NCBI RefSeq assembly: GCF_005696695.1
Contig: NZ_CP040006.1
Location: 120,001 to 152,000 of the forward strand
DNA length: 32,000 bases
Source: Schaalia odontolytica
GTDB lineage: Bacteria; Actinomycetota; Actinomycetes; Actinomycetales; Actinomycetaceae
Reading direction: 5' to 3'
The notes below the pieces were generated by a model, which saw only the letters and a list, made by a program, of their open reading frames with translations, did not search any database and had not been told where the DNA came from. Position numbers and translations under genes: made by a program. This document shows, piece after piece, positions 19,550 through 28,126 of this stretch; within the stretch, counting starts at the first letter, position 1; each line of letters starts with the position of its first letter.

Positions 19550-19573
19550 CGGGGTATTACACCAGCTCGGAGG

Positions 19574-19626
19574 TGGTGTAATGCTCCCTAACTGGTGTAA
19601 TGCTCCCGAATTGGTGCAATGTCGCG
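19574..19626 (+). repeat. Three tandem 19-bp units TGGTGTAATGCTCCC-nnnn (third unit degenerate) plus an inverted copy ATTACACC at 19556-19563
   Basis: Unit starts are at 19574, 19593 and 19612, read directly from the sequence. Confidence 0.7.
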
Positions 19627-19643
19627 CAGGTGCCGTTGGGGCT

Positions 19644-19785
19644 CGCGGATAGGAAACGGCTACGTGGATAGGTTACGAGGATCCGGATAGGTTACGACGA
19701 TGCGGATAGGTTACGAGGATCCGGATAGGTTATGAGGATCCGGATACCTTAATAACCTATCCGCATGTACGCAACCTATCCGTGT
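19644..19785 (+). repeat. Iteron-like array: six direct 19-bp units (consensus CGGATAGGTTACGAGGATC) followed by two inverted copies
   Basis: GGATAGG occurs at 19646, 19665, 19684, 19703 and 19722, and GGATACC at 19742. Inverted CCTATCC occurs at 19756 and 19775. Unit junctions create ATCCGGAT palindromes. Confidence 0.8.
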
Positions 19786-19938
19786 AGGGGGCTGGGTTGG
19801 ACTGGGGGGCGTGCACCTGGCCGTCGAGGTGCCTATTCGCGTAGCGGCCCGGTGCCCTGCGTGGTGATCCGGTGCATTGAGCACGCGCGAGAGTTGAGAC
19901 TGCGCGAGTAGAGCCCACCCGCGACAGAATTTCCCGTT

Positions 19939-20985
19939 TCAGCCGATCAGCGTCGACTGGTGGTGCACCATGATCAGGCGCGATTCGCCAGACGTCGCCG
20001 GCGCCCACACGCTGGATTCCAGCGACGCGCCGCCCTCCCAGCGCACCCGGTAGCGCGTCAGGAACGACCCGCCCAGGTCGTGCGCGTCGATGCGGCCGAT
20101 CGCCGGGGAAGCGGGCGAGGGGCCCGCCAGCGTCGTGGTCGCGCCGCCACCCGGCCAGATGCGCGTCGTGCGCTCGTCGGTCATGGCCGCCAGTGCCTCC
20201 TCGTCGCCGCCGGTCCACGCCAGGATGAACTCGCGCTCGCGGGCGACCGCATCCTCGGTGGTCGGAGCGCTCACGGACGAGGCTGGGGCCGCCTCCGCTG
20301 GTTCAATCGGCTCAGCAGAAGCAGAGAAAACGCTGGGATGAGAACGGAATGTCGACGTGGCGGCCTCGTCGGTGGAGGTGTCGTGTGAAGCGGGAGCGCT
20401 CCCTTGGGCATCAGTAGTAGCGGGCACGTTGTGCGGCTCGACGGACGTGGGCGCAGAGGTAGCACCCCCGGATGCCTGATCCGCCGACGCAGTGCCACGT
20501 GACGCAGTGCCACGCGACGCGCCGCCCCCGAACCCGGGGCCCGGCTCGGGCGTGCGCCCAGCCTGGTAGGCCTCGGCGCATGCGCGCGCGAGGTCGTCGG
20601 CCCGCTCGTTCATATGGTGCCCAGCGTGGCCCTTGACCCACTCGAAGGTGACGCGGCGCCCCTCCATGGCCCGATCGATCTCCTGGATGAGCTCCAGGTT
20701 CTTGATGGGTTTCTTGTCGGCCTTCGTCCAGCCGCGCTTCTTCCAGCCGAGCCGCCACTTGGATACGACGTTGATCGCGTACTGCGAGTCGGCGAGGATG
20801 TGCAGCTCTTCGCCGGTCTCGGCCGTGGCCTCGAGCAGACGCAGAATCGCGGTCAGCTCGCCTAGGTTGTTGGTGCCCTGCGGCCAGCCGCCCGCGTCCC
20901 ACGTGTCCTCGTCCACGTACCAGGCCCACCCCGCGGGCCCAGGATTGCCGAGGGAAGAACCGTCCGCCGCCGCCGTAATCGTCAT
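19939..20985 (-). CDS. rnhA: RNase HI fused through a low-complexity linker to a C-terminal NTF2/SnoaL-like (DUF4440-like) domain
   Basis: The N-terminal ~150 aa has type 1 RNase H hallmarks: MTITAAADGSSLGNPGPAGWAWY...TNNLGELTAIL...ILADSQYAINV...WVKGHAGHHMNERADDLA. An S/T/A/P-rich linker follows. The C-terminal ~100 aa (EREFILAWTGGDEEALAAMTDERTTRIWPGG...RYRVRWEGG...LIMVHHQSTL) is assigned by eye only. Confidence 0.85.
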   Translation of the reverse strand: MTITAAADGSSLGNPGPAGWAWYVDEDTWDAGGWPQGTNNLGELTAILRLLEATAETGEELHILADSQYAINVVSKWRLGWKKRGWTKADKKPIKNLELIQEIDRAMEGRRVTFEWVKGHAGHHMNERADDLARACAEAYQAGRTPEPGPGFGGGASRGTASRGTASADQASGGATSAPTSVEPHNVPATTDAQGSAPASHDTSTDEAATSTFRSHPSVFSASAEPIEPAEAAPASSVSAPTTEDAVAREREFILAWTGGDEEALAAMTDERTTRIWPGGGATTTLAGPSPASPAIGRIDAHDLGGSFLTRYRVRWEGGASLESSVWAPATSGESRLIMVHHQSTLIG

Positions 20986-21112
20986 GCCCTCATCCTATCG
21001 GCATCCCGCTTGCCTGATCGGAAGGGGGACGAGGCCGGGGCCGCCTCAGCCTCGTGCCCTAGACTCTGGGGTGGGCGTGGTCGCGCCCTTCGCTGCACAG
21101 ACGAGGACGGAG

Positions 21113-22474
21113 ATGACCATGAGTACACACAACGGTGAGAAGCGTGAGACGGGTGCCGACGAACAAGAGCAAGGCAGCTCGAAGAAACCGGATCGTTCCC
21201 GCCGATGGGCTTTCCTGACGCTCGCTCTCCCGATTGCGCTGCTCGCGTGGAGTTGCGTTCCGAAGGCTTCCCTGCCGGTGACGCCGACCAACAAACTGGC
21301 CATCGGGGATGCCGTCATTGCTGTGCAGCTGGGTGAAGCACAATCGCAGTCGGGCCTTGAATCCCCAATTCAGAACAACTTGGTTGCACTTGTTGACATG
21401 CAAGGGGAGCAGGATATCGTGCGTATCGGCAACCAGTGGGAAGGTAGGATCCTGTGGTCTGATCGCGGTATCTCCTTCGGTGCCGACCAATGGGAGTACC
21501 AGACGACAGAAAACGGAACGAGTAGCCAAGAAATTAAGGACTGGCGGGCCTCGAACGTCCAGCGTTATGAGTTGTCGGATGGTCGATTCATCGTGGTTTC
21601 TTACTCGTCAGACTTGGGCTATCGGGTCGATACGATCGAACGTGATGGAAGCGTGACGAGTGTGTCAACTCCCGGAACGCGCGGGGACATGGGGCAGTGT
21701 GGGGATCGGATCCTGTCGATCGTTGACACGAAGCAATTCCCGCGTGTGAGAACGGAGGCTTTCGAGGCTTACGCCGCACAGTCGGGCGGCGATGGCGAGC
21801 AACCGGAGGAGCTGTCTGTCGTCATTCAGTTGAATGATCGCGATGGTGACACTCCTCGGATCATTGGCGTCGCGCCAATGATCGACGGCTTGGTGTCGGG
21901 ACAGAGAGAGTTCGCCTGTGAGGGGGACGTGATCACGATGCCGAGCGTCCAAACGGGCGACTCTCGAGTCGTTCGTGTGATGGCAGATGGTGGAGAGACG
22001 GGAACGATGGTTCTCGAGCGCTGGGATCTGGCGACTGGGGAGCGCACGATTATTCCCGTGGTCGACGAGCAGGAAAATCCCATCGAAGTGAACAGGGACC
22101 GCAGCATTTTCGACTATCAGGGGATCCAGGTCGGTGATGAGTACCGGTTCATCAGTGAAGGCGGGGATGCGTTTGCAGTGGACCTGAGGAGCGGTCGAGG
22201 CCGCTACCTGTTCTCTTATTCCGGTACACGAATCAACCAGCGAATGGTGTACCAGGTGAGTGAGACGGGCGTATACGCGCTCGAGGGCCGCCGGGAGGAT
22301 CACAATGTCACCCTCTCTTACCGGCCGTGGGATGGGGGAGCATACCGGGACGTCATCACAATGGACAAGCTGGCAGACTACGTCTGGTTGGAAGGCGGTT
22401 TCATGTCGTCGGGCCACTGGCGAAGGATTCAGTCGTTCTCTCTGCGCCCCGGCTGGGATGGCGGCGCGCAGTAA
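21113..22474 (+). CDS. Hypothetical exported protein, paralogue A (twin-arginine-like signal plus lipobox-like Cys); beta-rich body of unknown family
   Basis: The ORF track starts at 20633, antisense to rnhA. ATG 21113 or 21119 gives M(TM)STHNGEKRETGADEQEQGSSKKPDRSRRWAFLTLALPIALLAWSCV.... The C-terminus IQSFSLRPGWDGGAQ is shared with paralogue B. Confidence 0.75.
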   Translation: MTMSTHNGEKRETGADEQEQGSSKKPDRSRRWAFLTLALPIALLAWSCVPKASLPVTPTNKLAIGDAVIAVQLGEAQSQSGLESPIQNNLVALVDMQGEQDIVRIGNQWEGRILWSDRGISFGADQWEYQTTENGTSSQEIKDWRASNVQRYELSDGRFIVVSYSSDLGYRVDTIERDGSVTSVSTPGTRGDMGQCGDRILSIVDTKQFPRVRTEAFEAYAAQSGGDGEQPEELSVVIQLNDRDGDTPRIIGVAPMIDGLVSGQREFACEGDVITMPSVQTGDSRVVRVMADGGETGTMVLERWDLATGERTIIPVVDEQENPIEVNRDRSIFDYQGIQVGDEYRFISEGGDAFAVDLRSGRGRYLFSYSGTRINQRMVYQVSETGVYALEGRREDHNVTLSYRPWDGGAYRDVITMDKLADYVWLEGGFMSSGHWRRIQSFSLRPGWDGGAQ

Positions 22475-22607
22475 CGTTGTTCGGTTGTCCGGGGTTCCCG
22501 CTCGGTCGGGACGTCACTCGATGGGACGAGGACGGGGCAGCCTCGGCCTCGTGCCCTAGACTCTGGGGGTGGGCGTGGAAGCGCCCGCTGCCGCGATGAG
22601 AGGGAAG

Positions 22608-23963
22608 ATGCGCATGGGGGAACGCCTCGACGAGCTTTGTGAGACGGCTGCCGACGAGCAGGAGCATGGCCACCCGAAGAAGCCGAAGCGTTTCCGCCGA
22701 TGGGCTCTCCTCGTCGTCGTGCTCTCGGTTGCCGCGCTGGCGTGGAGCTGCGTTTTCCATGGGGGATTGACCAGAAAACCGGCTAGTTTTCTCGCGACGA
22801 ATGACGCGGTCGTTGCCGTGCGTCTGGGGTCCGGATGGTCCACGGTGGCCGAGGATTTTCGGTATAACGACTATGACGGCTGGATCGTGCTTCTCGACGC
22901 CGACGGGCGCGGCCAGGTTGCTGCCGTGAACAATGTGCTTGATGGCGATGTGGTGTGGAATGAGCGGGGCGTCTTCTACGCGGCGTCTTCTCACGACTTC
23001 CTCACGACCCAGGCGGGAACGCAGGAAATTGGACGAGGAGACCGCAGCGACGAGCGTCAACGCTATGCACTCCCCGATGGCGCGCTCGCGGTTGTGAGTG
23101 GTGAAGAGTTTGGGTATGAGGTTGACACCGTCCACGTTGATGGACGTGTGGCGAGCGTCGAGAATGACAAGACAGGAGGCTCTGTCGGGCAGTGTGGGGC
23201 GCGGATCTTGGCGATCACCGACACGAAGGAGTCTCGCGGCATCAGTGCCGCAGCGTTCGCGGCGTATGCTGCTCGATCGGGCGACGAGAAGCCGCCGACC
23301 ACCCTCGCGGCTGTTGTTCAGCTCAATGACCACGATGGCGAGGAGTCTCCAGTCCTCGCGGTAGCGCCGATGATCGACGGCTTGGGGTCGCGACAACACA
23401 TGTTTGCCTGCGAAGGGGACGTCATCACGATGCCGACCGAGCTGTCGGACGAGGCCGCTGCCTCAAGCCATGGTTCGACGAGCGAGCGGCAGCGAACGGT
23501 GGTTCTTGAGCGGTGGGACCTGTCAACGGGTGAGCGCTCGATCATTCCCGTCCTCGACGAGGCCGGCAACCCCCTTGAGTTGAATGATGAGCAGGGCGTT
23601 TCCGAGTACGAGGCGATTCGCGTGGGCAACGAGTACAGGTTCGTGTCGTGGGGTGGGGATGCTTTCGCTGTCGACCCGGCGAGTGGCCAGGGACGTTACT
23701 TGTTTTCGCTTGATACGCCAACGTATGGGCCGGACGGATACTTGGCGACCTTCCAGGTGACCGAGACCGGCGTCTACGCGCTGAAGGATCGTCGCTCTGA
23801 CCGCGTCGTGACCCTCTCGTACAGGCCCTGGGAAGGTGGCGAGTGGCGTGACATCTTCACGACCCGTGACCTGGCCTATTTCCTCAAGAAAGGCGAGTTG
23901 ACGCCGACGGCGGACATCCAGTCCTTCGCCCTGCGGCCCGGCTGGGACGGTGGCGCGCAGTAA
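22608..23963 (+). CDS. Hypothetical exported protein, paralogue B of 21113..22474
   Basis: ATG 22608 (GAGAGGGAAG upstream; ATG 22614 is also possible) gives MRMGERLDELCETAADEQEHGHPKKPKRFRRWALLVVVLSVAALAWSCV.... It is collinear with paralogue A through shared GQCG.RIL, VVQLND.DG, APMIDGL, FACEGDVITMP, LERWDL.TGER.IIPV, GDAFAVD, TLSYRPW and LRPGWDGGAQ. Confidence 0.75.
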   Translation: MRMGERLDELCETAADEQEHGHPKKPKRFRRWALLVVVLSVAALAWSCVFHGGLTRKPASFLATNDAVVAVRLGSGWSTVAEDFRYNDYDGWIVLLDADGRGQVAAVNNVLDGDVVWNERGVFYAASSHDFLTTQAGTQEIGRGDRSDERQRYALPDGALAVVSGEEFGYEVDTVHVDGRVASVENDKTGGSVGQCGARILAITDTKESRGISAAAFAAYAARSGDEKPPTTLAAVVQLNDHDGEESPVLAVAPMIDGLGSRQHMFACEGDVITMPTELSDEAAASSHGSTSERQRTVVLERWDLSTGERSIIPVLDEAGNPLELNDEQGVSEYEAIRVGNEYRFVSWGGDAFAVDPASGQGRYLFSLDTPTYGPDGYLATFQVTETGVYALKDRRSDRVVTLSYRPWEGGEWRDIFTTRDLAYFLKKGELTPTADIQSFALRPGWDGGAQ

Positions 23964-24000
23964 CGCGTGCAGCCGCGCGGCACAGTGATGCAACGCGAGA

Positions 24001-24028
24001 GGGGCGGTCCTCCAATGAAGACCGCCCC
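24001..24028. terminator. Bidirectional hairpin between convergent genes
   Basis: GGGGCGGTC (24001-24009) / GACCGCCCC (24020-24028) with a 10-nt loop, between the stops at 23963 (+) and 24035 (-). Confidence 0.6.
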
Positions 24029-24034
24029 CACCTG

Positions 24035-26464
24035 TTACACCGTGACGCCCACCTGGCCCAGCGCGAAGGCGAACTCCTCGCAGCGCGCCGCCCACCGGCC
24101 CTCGCGCCCGGACGGGCCGGCGTGCCCGGCGACCATCTCGGTGCGCAGGATGATCGGACGCTCGAGCGGGTCGCGTGCGGCGACGAGGCCGTGGCCGGCC
24201 TCCCCGCTCGCGCTCGCCTCGCCGGCCTCCGAATCGCAGCAATTGCAGCGCTGCCCAGCCCCGGCCTCGTCCGTGGAGGGAACCTGGCCGGTGGCCTCGC
24301 GCAGGCGCTGCACCCACTTGGTGGGCTCGACGAACTCGACGCGCGTGTCGTTGACCGACGTCGTCGCCATGATCGCGGGCAGGAGCGCGCCGTCGGGCAC
24401 GTTCTCGTAGGGTGTGTAGCGGCTCATCGCGTCGAACACGGCGCGCGAGGTGAGTGGGTTGCCCCACTCCTCCCATTCGCCGACGGTGAGAGGCAGGGAC
24501 GGGTCCAGGATTGTTGACAGCGCGTCCACGAAGGGCACGCCCGCCAGGATCGCGCGGAAACGGTCGGGTGCGGCGTTGGTGACCGCGCCCATGAGCAGGC
24601 CGCCGGCGCTGCGGCCCTCCGCGACGAGGCGGCCGGGCGCCACCCACCCGGAGTCGACCAGCCAGTCGGCCACGTCGATGAAGTCCGTGAACGTGTGCTC
24701 CTTGACCAGCTCCTTACCGTCCTCGTACCAGGCGCGGCCCATCTCGCCGCCGCCGCGCACGTGCGCGATCGCGTAGACGACGCGGCGCAGGATCGGCAGG
24801 CGCAGGGTCTCGAACTCGGGGTCGTAGCTGACCTCGTACGAGCCGTACCCGATCTGCCAGCCCGCGTGCGTGCCGTCCGGGCGCGCGTCGCGGTGGTGGA
24901 TGAGGGTGACAGGGATGCGGGTCGCGCCGTCGCGCGCGAGCACCCACACGCGCTCCTCGACATACTCGGCAGGGTCCCAGCCGGGCGCCTCGCGGGTGCG
25001 CAGGGTCCGCACGGTCAGGGCCGCGCCTTCGGGGTTTTCGGGGGACGAGGCCGGGGCCGGGGTGGGCAGGGACACCTCGGCGACCGTGGGGGGCACGGTC
25101 TGTGACTGGAACTCAACCCGAAGCGGATCCTCCCACGGGGTCGGCACGGTCGCGATCGTGCGCACCGGGGCGTCCACCTCCACGCGCCGCCACGCGGGTG
25201 AGGGTTCGCGGCGATCCCACACGTCGACCTGCGTCAGAGAGCCCGAACGAAGCGAGAGCGCCACGTAGTCCGCGTGAGCCTCGACGTCGGTGATGCGCTC
25301 GCCGGGGCCGGGGCTGCGCAGCGGCTCCCAGGACTCAAACGGCGTGAGGGGTGCGGGCTCGTCCTCCGGCAGGGGAGTGCCCGGCGTGCGATCCGCCAGG
25401 GAACCCCGCGAGAACGCGGAGGAGGACGTGACGCCGAGGCCCGCCAGGGCCTCGGGCGAACCCCCTGCAGGCAGCATCGCCTGCGCGAGCGAGCCCTCCT
25501 GCGTCAGCCCCGTATGCACGATGAACAGGCGATCCCCGGCCGAATCCGCCGACACCAGCGTGCGCGGGCGCACCGGCATGAGCGGCAGCGGGCGCACGTC
25601 CGGGTGGGCGGGCAGCCATAGCCACGCGCGGCCCGCCGTCGACGACGAGGCGTGAATGACGACGTGCCCCGGGAAACCCGAGGGCGCGAACCCCATCTCG
25701 AAGCCCTCGTCCGGCTCCACCAGCAGCAGCTCGTCGGCCTCACGAGGCGTGCCCAGGCGGTGCAGCCACACGTCGCACGCGCGCCACGCGTCGTCTACGC
25801 CCATGTAGATAAAGGAGGCGGAATCATCCGCCCACGCGAAGCCGTACCCGGCGTCCACCACGGCCTCGTCGATGACGCGGCCCGACGCCTCCTGCACGAC
25901 CCACGTGTAGCGCTCATCCCCGCTCGTGTCCCGAGCCCACGCGATCAGGCGCCCATCCGGGGACGGGTACATGTCCGCCAGGCGGAAAAACTCCTGCCCG
26001 CGCGCCCACTCATTCTCATCGACGAGGAGCTCCTCGCCCCGCGTCGGCACGCCCGGTTCGGGGACGAGCGGGACCGGCACCCCGGCCTCGTCGCGCTCCA
26101 CCGGCGCGCGATGATGCGTCGCGTACGACTCGCCCTCCGCGAAACGCCGAAAATACCAGAACTCGCCCTCGCGGATCGGAACCGTCACGTCGGTGAGCGC
26201 CGTGGAGGCCTTGACCTCCTCCACGAGGCGCGCGGCCGCCTCGCGCGTCGGCGCCGTCACCGCGTCCGCCCACGCGTTCTCCGCCTCCAAATGAGCCCTG
26301 ACCTCGGGATCCTCACCGTCACGCAACCAATCCCACGGGTCATCAAAATGCTGCCCGAACTGGTCGCGCACCCGGTACCCGTAACGCTTCGGGGCAACCG
26401 GGGGAGTGTTCATCGACGAGGCATTGGCCGCCTCACGCGTAGTCGTGTCAGTCATGTGGACCAT
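24035..26464 (-). CDS. ptrB: S9A prolyl oligopeptidase family, oligopeptidase B (protease II)-like
   Basis: 809 aa. The catalytic-domain motifs are GGGEMGRAWYEDGK, the nucleophile elbow GRSAGGLLMGAV, NDTRV (Asp) and VAGHAGPSGR (His). The N-terminal part is beta-propeller-like. The start is ATG 26464 or 26455. Confidence 0.88.
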   Translation of the reverse strand: MVHMTDTTTREAANASSMNTPPVAPKRYGYRVRDQFGQHFDDPWDWLRDGEDPEVRAHLEAENAWADAVTAPTREAAARLVEEVKASTALTDVTVPIREGEFWYFRRFAEGESYATHHRAPVERDEAGVPVPLVPEPGVPTRGEELLVDENEWARGQEFFRLADMYPSPDGRLIAWARDTSGDERYTWVVQEASGRVIDEAVVDAGYGFAWADDSASFIYMGVDDAWRACDVWLHRLGTPREADELLLVEPDEGFEMGFAPSGFPGHVVIHASSSTAGRAWLWLPAHPDVRPLPLMPVRPRTLVSADSAGDRLFIVHTGLTQEGSLAQAMLPAGGSPEALAGLGVTSSSAFSRGSLADRTPGTPLPEDEPAPLTPFESWEPLRSPGPGERITDVEAHADYVALSLRSGSLTQVDVWDRREPSPAWRRVEVDAPVRTIATVPTPWEDPLRVEFQSQTVPPTVAEVSLPTPAPASSPENPEGAALTVRTLRTREAPGWDPAEYVEERVWVLARDGATRIPVTLIHHRDARPDGTHAGWQIGYGSYEVSYDPEFETLRLPILRRVVYAIAHVRGGGEMGRAWYEDGKELVKEHTFTDFIDVADWLVDSGWVAPGRLVAEGRSAGGLLMGAVTNAAPDRFRAILAGVPFVDALSTILDPSLPLTVGEWEEWGNPLTSRAVFDAMSRYTPYENVPDGALLPAIMATTSVNDTRVEFVEPTKWVQRLREATGQVPSTDEAGAGQRCNCCDSEAGEASASGEAGHGLVAARDPLERPIILRTEMVAGHAGPSGREGRWAARCEEFAFALGQVGVTV

Positions 26465-26483
26465 CTTAGAGGTGGGCCAACTG

Positions 26484-27128
26484 ATGGGGATCCACGAAAC
26501 AGCGGCGCGACCGTGCGAGACTAGGGGGGTGAACGACGAACAAGCTCCCTCGCGCGGATCCGCTGCCGCGCTCGAACCCGAGTCCCCTGTGCTCGACCCC
26601 GCGGCGCTCGCGGACCGACCTGCGCCCCTTGCTCAGCCCGGCACCCGAGGGCAGGTGGATGGGGGAGCGGCCCCGGCCTCGTCCCTGAGCCTCACCGAGC
26701 GACTCCTCGCCTGGGTGCGCGAATTCATTCAATTCGGCATGGTCGGAGCCACCGCGTACATCGTCGACGCCGGACTGTTCAACCTGCTCCAGCACGGGCC
26801 GCTCGGCGTGCTCGCCGGTCACCCCAACACCGCGCAATTCGTCGCCGCCGCGACCGCGACCCTGTACTCGTGGATCGCCAACCGCCTGTGGACCTACCGT
26901 GGACGCACCCAGGCAAACGCCACGCGCGAAGCTGTCCTCTTCTTCTTCGCCAACGCCTGCGGCATCGGCATCACCCAGTTCTGCCTCTTGTTCACCCACC
27001 ACATCCTCGGGTACACCTCGGCGCTGGCAGACAACATCGCCGCCTACGTCGTCGGCTTCGCCCTGGGCACCGCGTTCCGCTTCTTCTTCTACCACTACGT
27101 GGTCTTTACAGGACATACGCGCGCGTAG
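26484..27128 (+). CDS. GtrA-family membrane protein
   Basis: The ORF track starts at 26406, overlapping ptrB. ATG 26484 has GAGGTGGG upstream. The GtrA-like core is FIQFGMVGATAYIVDAGLFNLL...ATLYSWIANRLWTYR...FALGTAFRFFFYHYVVF. Confidence 0.8.
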   Translation: MGIHETAARPCETRGVNDEQAPSRGSAAALEPESPVLDPAALADRPAPLAQPGTRGQVDGGAAPASSLSLTERLLAWVREFIQFGMVGATAYIVDAGLFNLLQHGPLGVLAGHPNTAQFVAAATATLYSWIANRLWTYRGRTQANATREAVLFFFANACGIGITQFCLLFTHHILGYTSALADNIAAYVVGFALGTAFRFFFYHYVVFTGHTRA

Positions 27129-27156
27129 GTTCGAGGCGCGGCTGTAGGGTCGAAAC

Positions 27157-28089
27157 GTGAAGGAAACGGCAGAGCACTACCCGACCCCCGAAGAGTCCAT
27201 CGCCACGATGGTCACCATCGACGACACCGCCCTCGTGTTCGAAGGCGGCGGCATGCGCAACGCCTACACGGCCGCGCTCGTGAACCGACTCATCGCCGAA
27301 GGCATCAACTTCCCCCATATTTCCGGGGTTTCTGCGGGTTCCAGCCACCTGTGCAACTTCACCTCCCGCGACGCGCAGCGTTCCCACGACACCTTCGTCG
27401 ACCTCGTCGAAGACCCCGAATTCGGCGGACTCAAGCACTTCCGCAAGGGCCACGGCTACTTCAACGCCGAGTACATCTACCAGCAGATCTGCTACCCCGA
27501 CGGCGCCCTGCCCTTCAACATGGATGCGTTCCTGGCGAACCCGGCGACCACGCGCGTCGCCACCTTCAACGCGTCGCGTGGGCAGGTCCGCTGGTTCTCC
27601 AAGGAAGAAATGAGCACCCTGGACACGCTCGGACCCATCATCCGCGCCTCCTCCACGCTGCCGATCCTCATGCCTCCCGTCGAGATCGACGGCGACACCT
27701 ATGTCGATGGTGCGCTCGGCCCCAACGGCGGCCTGCCCTTCGACCAGCCCCTGCGCGAGGGCTATCGCAAACTCCTCGTCGTCCTCACTCGCCCCCGCGA
27801 CTACGTTAAGGGCCCCATGCCCGCCAGCGTCGGCGCGCTCCTGCGTACCGCCTACCGCCAGTTCCCCTCCGTGTTCGAGGGCGTGGCTCGCCGCCCCGAC
27901 CGCTACAACGCGGGACGCCGCTTCCTCTTCGAGCTTGAGGAACGAGGCCAGGCCTACGTGTTCGCCCCCGACAACCTGTGGATCAACAACACCGAGTCGC
28001 GGCGCGAACGCCTGGAAGCGACCTACCGTGCCGGCCTGGTGCAGGCCGTGCGCGAAATGCCCGCGATCAAGGCGTTCCTGGGGCTGTAG
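27157..28089 (+). CDS. Patatin-like phospholipase
   Basis: Motifs: ALVFEGGGMRNAY (GGGxR oxyanion), GVSAGS (GxSxG nucleophile) and YVDGALGPNGG (catalytic Asp). The start is GTG 27157, with ATG 27208 as an alternative. Confidence 0.88.
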   Translation: MKETAEHYPTPEESIATMVTIDDTALVFEGGGMRNAYTAALVNRLIAEGINFPHISGVSAGSSHLCNFTSRDAQRSHDTFVDLVEDPEFGGLKHFRKGHGYFNAEYIYQQICYPDGALPFNMDAFLANPATTRVATFNASRGQVRWFSKEEMSTLDTLGPIIRASSTLPILMPPVEIDGDTYVDGALGPNGGLPFDQPLREGYRKLLVVLTRPRDYVKGPMPASVGALLRTAYRQFPSVFEGVARRPDRYNAGRRFLFELEERGQAYVFAPDNLWINNTESRRERLEATYRAGLVQAVREMPAIKAFLGL

Positions 28090-28092
28090 GCT

Positions 28093-28122
28093 TTCCTGTT
28101 CCTGTTCCTGTTCCTGTTCCTG
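28093..28122 (+). repeat. Hexanucleotide microsatellite (TTCCTG)x5
   Basis: Five perfect tandem units starting 4 nt after the patatin stop codon. Confidence 0.95.
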
Positions 28123-28126
28123 TGGT

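Noticed and set aside
19644-19785. DnaA-box cluster / oriC interpretation of the 19-bp array
   Set aside because: Only the unit at 19663-19671 (CGTGGATAG) resembles a DnaA box (TGTGGATAA-like). The repeated core is CGGATAGG, and no dnaA or dnaN gene is nearby.
21665-23399. Two minus-strand ORFs (21665..22417 and 22401..23399)
   Set aside because: They are antisense to the two paralogous exported-protein genes, which are supported by mutual conservation in the plus-strand frame.
23523-24647. 374-aa minus-strand ORF, and the 25652..26524 plus-strand ORF
   Set aside because: They are out of frame or antisense relative to ptrB and the paralogue B 3' end, and are R/G/A-rich artefacts.
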